The notes below the pieces were generated by a model, which made no database searches, had not been told where the DNA came from, and was given only the letters and a program-made list of their open reading frames with translations. From contig NC_086126.1 of assembly GCF_963921235.1 (NCBI RefSeq), forward strand, positions 12,028,001-12,092,000: 64,000 bases of DNA, read 5' to 3'. A program made the translations under genes and the position numbers. The DNA comes from Mobula hypostoma. Its lineage: Eukaryota. This document shows positions 24,946 to 37,560 of the stretch, piece after piece (position 1 is the first letter of the stretch; every line of letters starts with the position of its first letter).

Positions 24946-25315
24946 CCTCCTTGTGCGCCTTGTTCGCGATTTCCAGCAACTGCAGAATCCCTTATGTTTA
25001 TGGTCTGCAGGTCCTGCTGCCTCGGTAGAGCAGTCAGCATAATCCGTTCACCCCAGACATTTTCCCTTCATCCCACTCTCTCCCTCATCGGGCCGAAGAT
25101 ACACGGACCGCCGGGCTCAAGGAGAGCTCAAAAACAACCTATTCATTAACTTTCAGGGATGTACATATTGTGTTTGAAGTTATTTATTTTATCTATCTAT
25201 TAATCAATCAATCTATCTATCTACTTGGTTATCTACCTATCGGCATAGCTACCTACCTATCTATCAATCAATCTACCTACCTGCGTATCTATCAATCTAC
25301 CTACCAATCTATCTG

Positions 25316-25765
25316 CAGTGCCTGAGAATAAAAAGGTATTCACCCGTCCTTGGAAGTTGTCATGTTTTATTGTTTTACAACATTGAATCACTGGATTTAA
25401 TTTAGCTTTTTGACATTGATCAAACAGAAAAAGACCCTTTCGTTTCAAAGCGAAAAGCGATCTCGACAAAGTGATCTAAATTAATTTCAAATATAAAACA
25501 CAAAATAATTGATCGCATAAGTATTCGCCCCTTCAAGTCAGTATTGAGCAGATGCACCTTTGGCAGCAATTACAGCCTTGAGTCTGTGTGGATAGGTCTC
25601 TAACAGCTTTGCACATCTGGACACTGGAATTTTTCCCCATTCTTCTTTACAAAACCGCTCAAGATCTGTCAGATGGAATGGGGATGGTGAGTGAACAGCC
25701 ATTTTCAAGTTCAGCCGCAAATTCTCAAATGCATTGAGGTCTGGACTTGGCCACTCCAGGAGATT
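25316..25765 (-). mobile_element. Tc1 transposon 3' fragment
   Basis: WPSPDLNAFENL...FCKEEWGKI...AAKGASAQY; terminal CAGTG; mirror copy within 50070-51496. Confidence 0.85.
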
Positions 25766-26586
25766 CACACAGAGAGTAGTGGGAGCGCCCGGCAGAGATC
25801 AGGCGGGGGGGGCGGGGGGGGGAGAGAGCAGCGCGCCGCGCGTGCGCAGCCCCCCGGTGAAAAACGATATCGTATCAGTTAAATAGGGGCCGTGGAAAAT
25901 CCTGATTTGATGGAGACAGACGTGAAAGCACAAAGGAACATCGGGAGAAATTTCTGAAACGCCAGTTCGCTGCCGTTGTTACTGCGCGGTCGGGAATCTT
26001 CCGGAGGGAAGGCCTCAAAATCTCCGGCTTTGCCTGCTGGTGGCGAACGAGATTGAGGTCGAATCGTTCGGACAGAGATAGCGCTCAGTACTCCGTGTCG
26101 GAGAGTTGATCAGAGCTCGAAGTTTTCGGATGACTCAGAGTCAGACTGCGGTCGGGCATGGCAGGGTGAGTTTTTCTTCCTTCTCCCGTCTGCGTGAGAT
26201 GTGGGACATTTGAGAGACTTTGAATTTTTTACTGTGCTCATGGACTTCTTCATCAAGTTATGGTATTGTTGCACTGTTGTAACTATATGTTATAATAATG
26301 TGGGGTTGTTAGATTTTTCAGTCTTGGTCTGTCCCGTATTTTGTGATATCACACCGGAGGAAATGTTGTATCATTTCTTAATGCATGCATTACTAAATGA
26401 CAATAAAAGAGGACTGCGTGTCTTCATAATCTAAATGTACTCCGAAACATACAGGAGGTGCGTCGTTTCCGGCGACAAAGAGCCTGCCCCCACCTTAATA
26501 ACCTGAACCCCCGTACTTTGGGAACCAGTGGAACGCATATGGAAATGGCCCCGAGTCTCAGTACCGTGTCGCCCAAAAACGTTTGT

Positions 26587-26658
26587 TTCCCGTACCGGGA
26601 GTCGAACCTGAGCCGCCTGGATGAAAACCAGGAATCCTAACCGCTAGACCATATGGGA
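26587..26658 (-). tRNA. tRNA-Glu (TTC) variant with several stem changes, possible pseudogene
   Basis: 72-nt match with about 4 substitutions; mirror of the 46614 copy. Confidence 0.7.
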
Positions 26659-29495
26659 GACAATGAAGCATGATAACGCAAATAGAAAGAGATTTGAAAG
26701 ACAACTTTTTCACACGGAATTTCAGTACGGTTACAACGTTTAAAAAAAAATCGAAATGGATATGAAAGTTTTCTCAGTTTATTTTTGTCCGTAGTCTCTG
26801 TCTTGATTTCTCAACTTTACTCTCTTGTGGGTATACAAGTACGGGGGTTATGTGCAGTGTTAACACAAATAGACTTTTAACCAAGATTGAGGACATGGGA
26901 CCCAGTATGCGTAGATTTAAGACCATGAGCGCATAGGAGCAGGGTTAGGCCATTCGACCCATCGACTCTGCTAGCCTTCCCATCACGCCTGATTTATTAT
27001 CCCTCTCAATCCCATTCTCCTCCTGCACAGGGCCGAAAAAAGCTGCACAGGGTCGTAAATTTAGTCGGCTCCATCTTGGCTACTGGCCTACAGCGTACCC
27101 AGGACATCTTCAGGGAGCGGTGTCTCAGAAAGGCAGCGTCCATTATTAAGGACCTCCAGCACCCAGGGAATGCCCTTTTCTCACTGTTACCATCAGGGAG
27201 GAGGTACAGAAGCCTGAAGGCAAACACTCAGTGATTCAGGAACAGCTTCTTCCCCTCTGCCGCCCGATTTCTGAATGGACATCGAACCCAAGAACACTAT
27301 CTCACTTTTTAAAATATATATTATTCTGTTTTTACACGATTTTAATCTATTCAATAGACGTATACTGGAATTGATTTACTCATTTTTTCTACTATAATTT
27401 GTATTGCATTGATCTGCTGCTAAATTAACAAATTTCACGCCACTTGCCGGTGATAACAAACCAGATTCTGATTCTGATTATTAACATTTGACATTTTCCC
27501 TAAACGAGAACCTATGAAACTCGGCTTTACATACACCCACAGCGGGCTGTGGCAACGAATTCCACCGATTCACCGCCCTCTGTCAAAAGAAATTACTCCT
27601 CATCTCTGTTCTAAAAGGACGTCCTTCCATTCTGAGGCTGTGCCCTCTGGTCCTAGACCTCCCGCACCTCCCCCCCTCCCCGACAACTAAAGGAATTCCC
27701 CTCTCCACGTACACTCCACCGGTATTCGATATATTTCCACGAGATTCCTCCCCCCGCATTCTTCTAAACTCCAGTACAGGCCCAGGGCCCTCTAGGACAG
27801 CTTCTGTCCCACTGTTATCAGACCCCCGAACCGGCCTCTCATACAATGAAACCACCAGACCAGCACCAATCCCACCGCATTCACCCACCTTTACCCTTGC
27901 ACTCTATCTGTCTGCCTGCACTGCATTTTCTCTGTAACTGTAACACTTTAGTTTGCGTTCTCTTATTGCTTTGGACTTCGGGAAGGTGCAGGTAGCCCAT
28001 CCCCCTCTGCGAATTCATGCCTCCTGCGTAGAGAGACTTAAGCGCACCAACTTCCCGGGAGTTCCTAACCTGGTCCCTTAATGTCACCTGCCTTTGACTA
28101 TTGCAAAAGTTTGGCTCCAGTGTCCACGTACACCCACATTCCCGCCTGCGCGCCTCGCTGAACCAGAGCGCACCCCCAGTTTGTTTTTTTTTTAGATTTT
28201 GAGAACACCCAGTCCTCTTTTATTGTCATTTAGAAATGCATACATGCATTAGGAAATGATACAATGTTTCTTTGGAGTGATATCATAGAAAACAAGACAA
28301 ACCAAAGGCTAACACTGACAGAACCACATAATTATAACATACTGCATAGTTACAGCAGTGCAAAACAATACCATAATTTGATGAAGAACAAACCGTGGGT
28401 ACGGTAAATGAAGTCTCAAAGTCCCCGAGTCGATCGACTCCCGAGTCCCCGATAGCAGGCGGCAAAAGGGAGAAACTCCCTGTCATAAACCTCCAGGCAC
28501 CGTCAACTTGCCGATGCCTTGGAAGCAGCCGACACCGAGTCCATCCATCCAAAAACTTCGATCCTCCGACCAGCCTCCCGAGCGCCTTCGACCTTGCCCC
28601 GGCCGCTTAAACAAGCAAAGCCGAGGATTCGGGGCCTTCTGCTCCGGAGATACCGGTTACCATACAGTAGCAACGGCAGCGAAGCGGGCATTTCAGAAGT
28701 TTTCCAGATGTTTCTCGGTACTCTCACGTCCGTCTCCATCAAATCAGGATTGTGCACGGTCCCCTACTTGACAATTACAGATATAATTCACCGGAGAGTG
28801 AATCTCCCGTTAGAGTGGGAGATGCCTGCGCCTGGGGCAGAGTCGGTCAGTTGTTGGGGAGAGGGGGAGGGGGTGTACATTTCTGTTGCTTCCCACGCCC
28901 CGAATGACTCCAGATGCCCCCAATTCCATCTGTTACGTCTCCAAGGCCGCCGTGACACGCGGCGCGATGGAGGGGTGTCCACAAGGCCTTTAAACAGGGA
29001 AAAAACACGCACGAGAAATGCCAGAGCAACTCAGCTGTTCAGGGAGCATGTATAGGGAAGGATAAAAGAGTCGATGCTTCAAACCAAGGCAGTTTCATAT
29101 CCTCTCATAAACCTTGTGCCAATCAACTTTCCAGCTCTTAGCTCCATCCCTCCCCCTCCTGTCATCTCCTATCATTTCAAATCTTCCCCTCCCCCTTTCA
29201 AATCTCTTACTAGCTCTTCTTTCAGTTAGTCCTTTCGAAGGGTCTCGGCCTGAAACGTCGACTGTACCTCTTCCTAGAGATGCTGCCTGGCCTGCTGCGT
29301 TCACCAGCAATTTTTAGGTGTGTTGCTTGAAATTCCAGCATCTGCAGATTTCCTCGTGTTACCGTTTATCCGGGTTCGGCCCGAAAAGGCACACAACTTG
29401 CTAACACCCGAACCCGAGATTTTGGGAACCGAAGAAAGGGAAGAACGCACAAACTCTTTCCGGAAATCGAACCCGTTTCGTCCCAAAGCATTCGC

Positions 29496-29567
29496 TTCCC
29501 ATACCGGGAGTCGAACCCGGGCCGCCTGGGTGAAAACCAGGAATACTAACCGCTAGGCCATATGGAA
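29496..29567 (-). tRNA. tRNA-Glu (TTC) variant, probable pseudogene
   Basis: 72-nt match with D-stem and acceptor changes; mirror of the 44616 copy. Confidence 0.65.
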
Positions 29568-31726
29568 ATACAACAGCGGAGCTCAATACGAGAGAATTTG
29601 GGGGATATTACTTGGCATACAGACGTTGATAAGTGACTGTAGCAAGCTGCATAACGAAACAATGTTTTAAAAAAAATTCGAAATCCTTATGAAAGGCTGC
29701 TCAGGTTTTTTTGGCCATGTCTCTGTCTTCTTTTCTCAACTTTACTCCCGGTGATTCTTTTATGGGTCTGTAAGTACCAGACCCACACAAGTTTTATGTA
29801 CATACGCTCATAGTTTTTTTACCTCGTGTTGGGGAACTGAGAACTAGAATGCTCAGATTTAAGACCGTAAAATATACGGGCAAATAGGCCATTCGGCCCG
29901 TCGAATCTGCTAGACTTTCCTTCATAGATGATTTATTACTCCTCCCTACCCCCATTCTCCGGTCACGTTAACACGACGCTCTTCCTAATCAAGAACCAAT
30001 CGACCTCCGCTTTAAATATACCTAGTGACTTGGCCTCCACAGCTCTCTGTGGCAATAAATTCCACACATTCGCCGCCTGTCTAAAGGATTTCTCGTCATC
30101 TCTGTTCTTAAAGGACGTCTTTCTATTCCGAGGCTGAGCCCTCTTGTCCTAGACTCCCCCACTATAGGAAGCCAACTGCCCCTCCACAATTCACTGTGTA
30201 TATATTCGATAGATTTCCAAGCGACCCCCCCCCCCCACGTCCTCGTTCTTCTAAACCCCAGTGAGTACAGGCCCAGAGCTCTCTAGGACATCTTCTGTCC
30301 CACTGTTACCAGACCCCTGAACCGGCCTCTCATATACTGAAACCACCTCCAGGCCCACCTCATTCACCCGCATTCTACCCTCGCACTTCACTTGTCCGCC
30401 TGCCCTGCACTCTCTCTGTAGCTGCAACACTTTATTCTGCATTCTCTTTTTACTTTGGACTTCAGGGAGGTGCAGATAAACCATCTCCCCTCTGCGAATA
30501 CATGGCTCCTCCGTTGAGAGAATTAAGCGCACCAAGTTCCCGGGAGTTCACATCACGGATGACCTCACCTGGACCCTTAATATCACCTCCGTGAACGAGA
30601 AGGCACATCAGCGCCTCCGCTTCCTGAGAAGATCGAGGCAAACGAGATTCTACCCCACCCTCAACCCACCCCACCAACCCCGCCCCAGATCTTAACTGTG
30701 TTTCACAGGAGCAGCATTGAGAGCGTCCTGACAAACTGCATCTCCATCAGGTCTGGGAGCTGCCGAGCATCGGACCGGAAACCCCAACAAAGAACTGTGA
30801 GAACGGCTGAGATGATCACAGGGGTCTCCCTACCGTCCATCGGGGACATTTATCAGGAGCTGTGTACGCAGCACCCTTAGTATTATCAGGGATCCCACCC
30901 GTCCATCCAGCATCCTCTTTGACTTTCTACCATCAGGCAGGAGACTCCGATGCGTAAAGACAAGAACGGCCGGGATGGGAAACAGTTTCTTCCCTCAGTC
31001 CATCAGGCTTCTGAAATCCCTGCCGCGTCGCATTCGAAGTGTCACCGGGTTATCTGTCCGTACCTGGCAATATTTAATTTATGCACTTCAGTTTGTTATT
31101 TATGTGTGATTCGCTTTTAGATTTTATCCTTATCTTCATAAGTTATTGCGTGTTATGTGCTTTACACCCCGATTCGGTGAAACGTTGTCTCGTTTCTATA
31201 TCCAATATATGGTCATATACGTTATATACATGCATATAATTAAATGGCAATCAACTTGACGTGACTTCAACTCCGTCCCACCTCAATGTGTTGGTGTGAT
31301 CGGTACGGAAGGCGTGTCAGAGAAAGTTTCTCCCTGAACCTCGGCACGGGTGACAATGATAAACATTACCAATCACATTCAGGGTTCAAGATCGCTGATT
31401 GTCAGTCTTCAAAGCAGAAAGTAGATTTTGTTATCAAAGTGCGTCCTGTATCTGTCGGCTGAGATTTACTTTCTTGCGTGCGTTCTCGGCAGAACTAAGA
31501 AATACAATGGAATCAGTGTGAAGCTACACACAAAGACACACAACTAACGTACGTAAGGAGATAAATTTGACACATACAGAAAATAAACATATCATATCAA
31601 TAAATAAACAAACTGATAATAAATAATCATATAATGTACAGATAGATAGACAGATAAATAAATAGATGAATTTGTCCTGGTAGAGAGATGGATAGATAGA
31701 GAGAAAGAGATGGATAGATAGATAGA

Positions 31727-32225
31727 TGTTCTACAGAAGCGTGGTTGAGAGTGTGCTGACCTTTTGCATCACAACCTGGTACTCCAGCTGCAATGCTGTC
31801 GACAAAAAAGTCTTGCAGAGGGTGGTTTGGGGAGCAGAGAAGGTTATTGGGGTCTCCCTACCTTCTGTCCAAGACCTCTTTCAGAGTCGATGCCCCCAGA
31901 AGACACGGTACATCATTAAAGACCCCTCACACCCTCTCCATGAATTGTTTGTTCTTCTGCCATCAGGCAAACGTTACAGGAGCATCAAAACTAAAACCAC
32001 AAGGCTACTAAACAGCTTCCTCCCACAGGCAGTCAGACTGCTAAATAGCTGCTCCACCTGACTCTGCTTTTGGACACTTTTAACTTACACTGGACACTTA
32101 TAACTGATTTTAACTGACGTGTGGCTGTTGTGTTTTACTATTTATTGTGATTGCACTGTTCCTGGGAAACGCTGTCTCATTCTGCCCTGCAGAGCTGATG
32201 GACGGTTAGAATGACAATAAAGTTT
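31727..32225 (+). mobile_element. L2/Rex1-like LINE 3' fragment
   Basis: FYRSVVESVLTFCITTWY...LPSGKRYRS...NSFLPQAVRLLN; inserted in a GATA microsatellite. Confidence 0.85.
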
Positions 32226-32319
32226 TTTGGATCTTTGAATATATAGACAGTCGCAGACAATCCATAAAACGCAATGTACAAGTAACCTTGTAATAAATAA
32301 CAAGCCGCCTCCTCCTTCA

Positions 32320-32715
32320 TCTGAGACTCTCTGTCGGTGGGGACAATGCGGTAGGCACCCACCAGCCGGGTGCAGGATTTGAGAGGCAACTCCCTGGCGC
32401 CTCCGGCGGTACAGCAACAGTGGCCCACGAAGACGTTTGCTTCCCAGACTGGGTGAAAACCAGGAATCCTAACCGCTAGACCAAGTAGAAGCTGGCGGGG
32501 AAAAAAAAAGCGGAAGTATGTGGGATTTGAGGGGCAACTTGCTGCCTCTCCTCCTGCACCCCACCCCCCCCGCCACCCCCGGCAGGAAGGCGGCCTTCAG
32601 AACCTCCACCTCACACTTTATCTTCAACTCCCGCGACAACTCCATGTATCAAAAGGTGCCATCCAACACGCCGGTAACGAAACAAGCCAGAAAGAAGTAG
32701 GAGACGGGACGGCTG
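32320..32715 (-). pseudogene. Decayed K2P exon 1 copy interrupted by an internally deleted tRNA-Glu (32441-32490)
   Basis: Homologous to 47920-48165 on both sides of ttcccagact-gggtgaaaaccaggaatcctaaccgctagacca. Confidence 0.75.
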
Positions 32716-32890
32716 CAACGGGATGACCCCGCGACCGAAACGGAGAAGGAGAGGGGGGTGAGAATGTTGGAAAGAGAGGGGTGGGGTAAGTAGCTCTCCA
32801 CACCTCCCCCCACCCCACACACCCTACACCAGGGTACGGAAGTTTCCTAGAGAGGGCAGAGGATTGAAATTGAGCTTTACTTGTTTGTAA

Positions 32891-33752
32891 TGTTACGTAC
32901 CCCGTAACTGGGTTGCCAAACCAGCAGAAATGGATCACTCAGTTGGAGTCTGGAGTACTAGAACTAAGAAAGTTTTATTAAAGAAACAAGCAACACAGTA
33001 ATCGAAAGGATAATAAATGCAACAGTTCAGCGATGATAAACACACATGTGCACAGAATTAAGATAACAGCATCAATCAAACTCTATCGTTGTCTAGGGGT
33101 AAATGACCAAATTTCAAAGTGACTCAAAGTTCAGTCCAGTTTAGTAGTTCAGTTCGCAGTAATCGTTGCCATGGCGATGGACAACGTGGGGGGAGAGAGA
33201 GATAGAACAGGAACAACTGATCATTCAGACACGGCTTCACTCACAGACCGGCGAGCTGGCTCACAAGCAACTTTTGGGCGGGTCCTTGGTGATGTCACCT
33301 GAGGTCACCGACTGTGACCCCTCCTCCAGATGCGGTCAATCCTCTGCAGTGAACCCGGCACCCAGGCAAGGGCGGACACACGCCGGGTTCCCGCTGATCG
33401 TACCTTTCCACCCCGGGCGTTGTCTGATACTTCTCACCGACTCGTGAGAGGCGTACCGCTTCCAGGGTCTCGTTACCTCGGGTGTCGTGTGTGTTCTGCC
33501 TTAGCGAACCTGTCCCTTTTTATCCCCCTGCTGGGGCATCGCCTGTCCACCACTTCAAACAGTTCAGGGTTCAAAGGGGAAGCCGCTCCCGACATCTCTC
33601 TCTCCCACGTCCCTTCATTACACATCTCCAGACGCTGCTCCATTGTTCCTTATCTCTCCTTCCCCTGAGGGCAGGTGGCAGACCAACTGCTGATGCCACT
33701 GATGCTAGCCCAGGCCAGCAAACATCTTAATTTTATGTGTATTCTCGTCACA
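32891..33752 (-). mobile_element. Solo LTR
   Basis: TGT...ACA termini; its end GGGGTACGTAACA matches the end of the 48721-49557 LTR. Confidence 0.7.
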
Positions 33753-33949
33753 CAAGTCAATCGAAACGTACCGTGAAATGCGTCGTTTGCGTCAAATCAA
33801 ATCAGAGACACTGTGCTGGGCTGGGAGGGCTGCGATTGTGTAGTATTGTTCCAGTGCCGCTGGAAAAACGTTTACTTCCCATAGGATTTGAGAGGCAAGT
33901 CCATGGCGCCTCCGGCGGTACAGCAGCAGTGGCCCACGAAAACGGCTGC

Positions 33950-34021
33950 TTTCCATACCGGGAGTCGAACCCGGGTCGCGTGGGCGCAAACCAAGAATCC
34001 TAACCGCTAGACCGCATGGAA
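33950..34021 (-). tRNA. tRNA-Glu-derived gene with anticodon TGC (probable pseudogene)
   Basis: Minus strand TTCCATGCGGTCTAGCGGTTAGGATTCTTGG-TT-TGC-GC-CCACGCGACCCGGGTTCGACTCCCGGTATGGAAA. Confidence 0.7.
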
Positions 34022-34379
34022 GACAGTGGAAGATAACAGAGGAAACATGAGGGGGTTTGAGAGGCAAATTACTGCTTACCTGTGGACTTGGGTAGGAGAA
34101 AGGTTTCGGGTGATACAGGCCAAGAGCAGGCAAAAGGAATTACTTCAGGTAGACACCTTGGTAGACCGGACATATTGTACCCGTGTCCTCTGCTTTATCC
34201 TCAAATACTCTGCACTCAGAGTTACTCGGGGTTTTATTCTTTGGTCCGTAGTCTGTGTCTTGTTTTCGCATCTATACTCTTAAGTTATTCATGTGTGGGT
34301 CCATCAGTATGGAGGGATACCCAGTTTATAGTGTGAACACGCCGAGCCTTTTACGCAAGGCTGGGCAACTGGACGCGCA

Positions 34380-35205
34380 AGAGTGAGATACGCCAACTAG
34401 TGGAGAGATGTTGCAGCAACAGCCCTGCACTTAACATCAGTAAGACGAAAGAGCTGATTGTGGACTTCAAGAAGAGTGAGACGAAGGAACACATACCGAT
34501 CCGCATAGAGGGATCAGAAGTGGAGAGAGTGAGCAGCTTCAAGTTCCTGGGTGTCATGATCTCTGAGGACCTAATCTGGTCCCTACATATCGACACAGTT
34601 ATAAAGAAGGCAAGACAACGACTGTACTTCATTAGGAGTTTGAAGAGATTTGGGATGTCAACAAATATACTCAAAAACTTCTATAGATGTACCGTGGAGA
34701 GCATTCTGACAGGCTGTATCACTGTCTGGTATGGGGGGTGGGGGTTACTGCACAGGACCGAAAGAAGCTGCACAGGGTTGTAAATTTAGTTGGCTCCATC
34801 TTGGGTACTAGCCTACAAAGTACCCAGGACATCTTCAAGGAGCGGGATCTCAGAAAGGCAGAGTCTATTATTAAGGACCTCCAGCACCCTTTTCTCACTG
34901 TTACCATCAGGAAGGAAGTACAGAAGCCTGAAGGCACACACTCAGCGATTCAGGAACAGCTTCTTCCCCTCTGCCATCCGATTCCTAAATGGCAATTGAA
35001 CCCGTGAACACTACCTGATTTTTAAATATACAATTATTTCGGGTTTTGCACGATTTTAATCTATTCAATATGCACGTATTGTAAATTTATTTATTTATTA
35101 TTTTAATATTTTCTTCTTCTTCTAGATTCTGTATTGCATTGAACTGCTGCTAAGTTAACAAATTTCACGACACATGCCGGTGATAATAAACCTGATTCTG
35201 ATTCT
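34380..35205 (+). mobile_element. L2/Rex1-like LINE 3' part
   Basis: LNISKTKELIVDF...FKFLGV...QRLYF...FYRCTVESIL; tail AATAAACCTGATTCTGATTCTG; related pieces at 27025-27480 and 45780-46245. Confidence 0.85.
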
Positions 35206-35555
35206 GAAAGCCGAGGTTGGGGCGGAGAGGGGAATTGGATGGGCCATGAGGAAATGGCGAAGCAGAATCGACGAGCCAAATGGCTTAATTCTGCTCCCGC
35301 TCATTATGGTCTTGCGGTCATATGGATAAGCAGAAAAATTGCATTGAGATGGATAATAAATTCGCCAAAATGGAATGGCGAGCAGACCCGATGGGCCGAT
35401 TCGCCCGATTCTACTCCGATGTCTTGTGGTCTTACAAGAATCAATCATTCCGATTGTGAACAACAGGAATTCTGCAGATGCTGGAAATTCAAGCAACACA
35501 CATCAAAGTTGCTGGTGAACGCAGCAGGCCAAGCAGCATCTGTAGGAAGAGGCGC

Positions 35556-35591
35556 AGTCGACGTTTCAGGCCGAGACCCTTCGTCAGGACT
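35556..35591 (-). ncRNA. Minimal type I hammerhead ribozyme motif (Penelope-derived)
   Basis: Minus strand AGTC-CTGACGA-AGG-gtctcgg-CCT-GAAAC-GTC-GACT: conserved core, stems I and II, palindromic ACGT stem III, GUC site. Confidence 0.6.
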
Positions 35592-36064
35592 CTTCCAATT
35601 GTGAAACGTTTTAAGGATGCGTTTAGGCTGGAGGGGGCTCTGAAAATATTGGGCGTTTCAGAGTCTGAAAATCTGGAGAGGCCGAACTGTCTGGGGCTGT
35701 TTTCCCTCGATTGAAGGAGACTGAGGGGACACCTTATAAAGAGCGTAGTAAAATCGTTCGTGGATAAAGTAAACGGTCTAAGCCCATTTCTCCCCCAGGG
35801 CACGAGGGCATAGATTTAAAGAAAAGTTTTGTTTGTCAAAAGTTCTCGGAAACTTGCAGGAAACACGTCTTTTATGTCCAATTTTTCTGGGCGGCCAGCA
35901 GGTATCCCCACGTCTCCGGCGCCAACGCCGCCTGCCCACAATTTACCAACTCGAACCGAACAGGATACAGGTGAACGCCCACGTGGTCACGGGAGGAACG
36001 CACACACTCCAGCCGGAAATTGAACCCGGGTTTCCCTAAAACCGTGTCACCCCAAAACATTTAG

Positions 36065-36136
36065 TTCCCATACCGGGAGTCGAATCCGGGCCGCCTGGGT
36101 GAAAACCAGGAATCCTAACCGCTAGACCATATGGGA
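36065..36136 (-). tRNA. tRNA-Glu (TTC) with B-box G53>A change
   Basis: Consensus except CCGGATTCGA; direct paralog of the 3849 copy. Confidence 0.75.
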
Positions 36137-36754
36137 GACGCTGTCATACAACAGCGGACATGCAAAGGTATTCGAAAGGTAACTTCACACAGACGCTGAG
36201 GTGGGACTTCAGCAAGCTTTAAAAAACATTTCTAAATATATATGAAACCCCTGGTTCCCCTTGGCTGCGCAAGTCTCGGCAAGAAAACCTCCGGCCCCGC
36301 CGAACCGGAGATTGAAGCGCTCTCTTACCCGAAACCCCAGTTTGTGTGGTTGCTGCGTCATTTGCTGCCCTGTTACAAATTAGTGCCGCGAAATAGCAGA
36401 CGGTACACCGCAAACGATTAATAGATTATCTTTACGATTCTTAATTTGACTAAAGTGTGAGTAAAGAAAAGAACAAATAAAAATGTTAATGAAACACTCA
36501 AATGTGCGCAAGTTGGAGCTGACGGTTTCTCCACAGCCACCGATCTCACCCCTGGCTTCGTTAACTCACGGTCCCGCTCCGGGTCGAATCCTACGATATC
36601 TTCTCTCCTGCGTCTTCATCTCCTCTCGACTAACAGCCCCAAGGCAGACCTTTTTATTCCTCACCAGCGACACCTCCCCTTAATCGGACCATCCTAATTG
36701 GATGGTGCACATTTCTCCTCTTCCCTTATCTTCAACAGTAACCCAAACAAGTCA

Positions 36755-37560
36755 AGTCGCTTTTTATTGTCATTTCGACCATAAGCTGCTGGTACAGTAC
36801 ACAGTAAAAACGAAACAACGTTCCTCCAGAACTATGGTGCTACATGAAACAACACAAAACTACACTAGACTAAGTGAGATAACGCAAGGCTACACTAGAC
36901 TACGTAAGACAACACAAAAACTACACAGGACTACATAAAGTGCCCAAAACAGTGCAGGGCAGTACAATAATTAATAAACAAGACAATAGGCACAGTAGAG
37001 GACAAATTACAATATAATAATAAATGATGTAGATGTCAGTCTAGTCTCTGGGCATTAAGGAGTCTGAAGGCTTGGGGGAAGAAATTGTTACACAGTCTGG
37101 TCGTGAGAGCCCGAATGCTTCAGTACCTTTTACCAGATGGTAGGAGGGAGAAGACTTTGTATGAGGGGTGCGTGGGGTCTTTCATAATGCTGTTGGCTTT
37201 ACGGGTGCAGCGTGTGGTGTAAATGTCTGTAATGGCGGGAAGAGAGACCCCGATGATCTTCTCAGCTGAGACCTCACTATCCGCTGCAGGGCCTTGCGAC
37301 CCGAGATGGTACAATTCCCGAACCAGGCAGTGATGCAGCTGCTCAGGATGCTCTCGATACAACCTCTGTAGAAGGTGGTGAGGATGGGGGGTGGGAGATG
37401 GACTTTTCTCAGCCTTCGCAGAAAGTAGAGACGCTGCTGGGCTTTCTTTGCTACGGAGCTGGTGTTGAGGGACCAGGTGAGATTCTCCGCCAGGTGAACA
37501 CCAAGAAATTTGGAGCTCTTAACGATCTCTACGGAGGAGCCGTCAGTGTTCAGCGGAGAG
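36755..37560 (-). mobile_element. L2/Rex1-like LINE 3' part
   Basis: KFLGVHL...QRLYFLR...LPSGKRY; absent from paralogous segments near 4540 and 11010. Confidence 0.8.
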
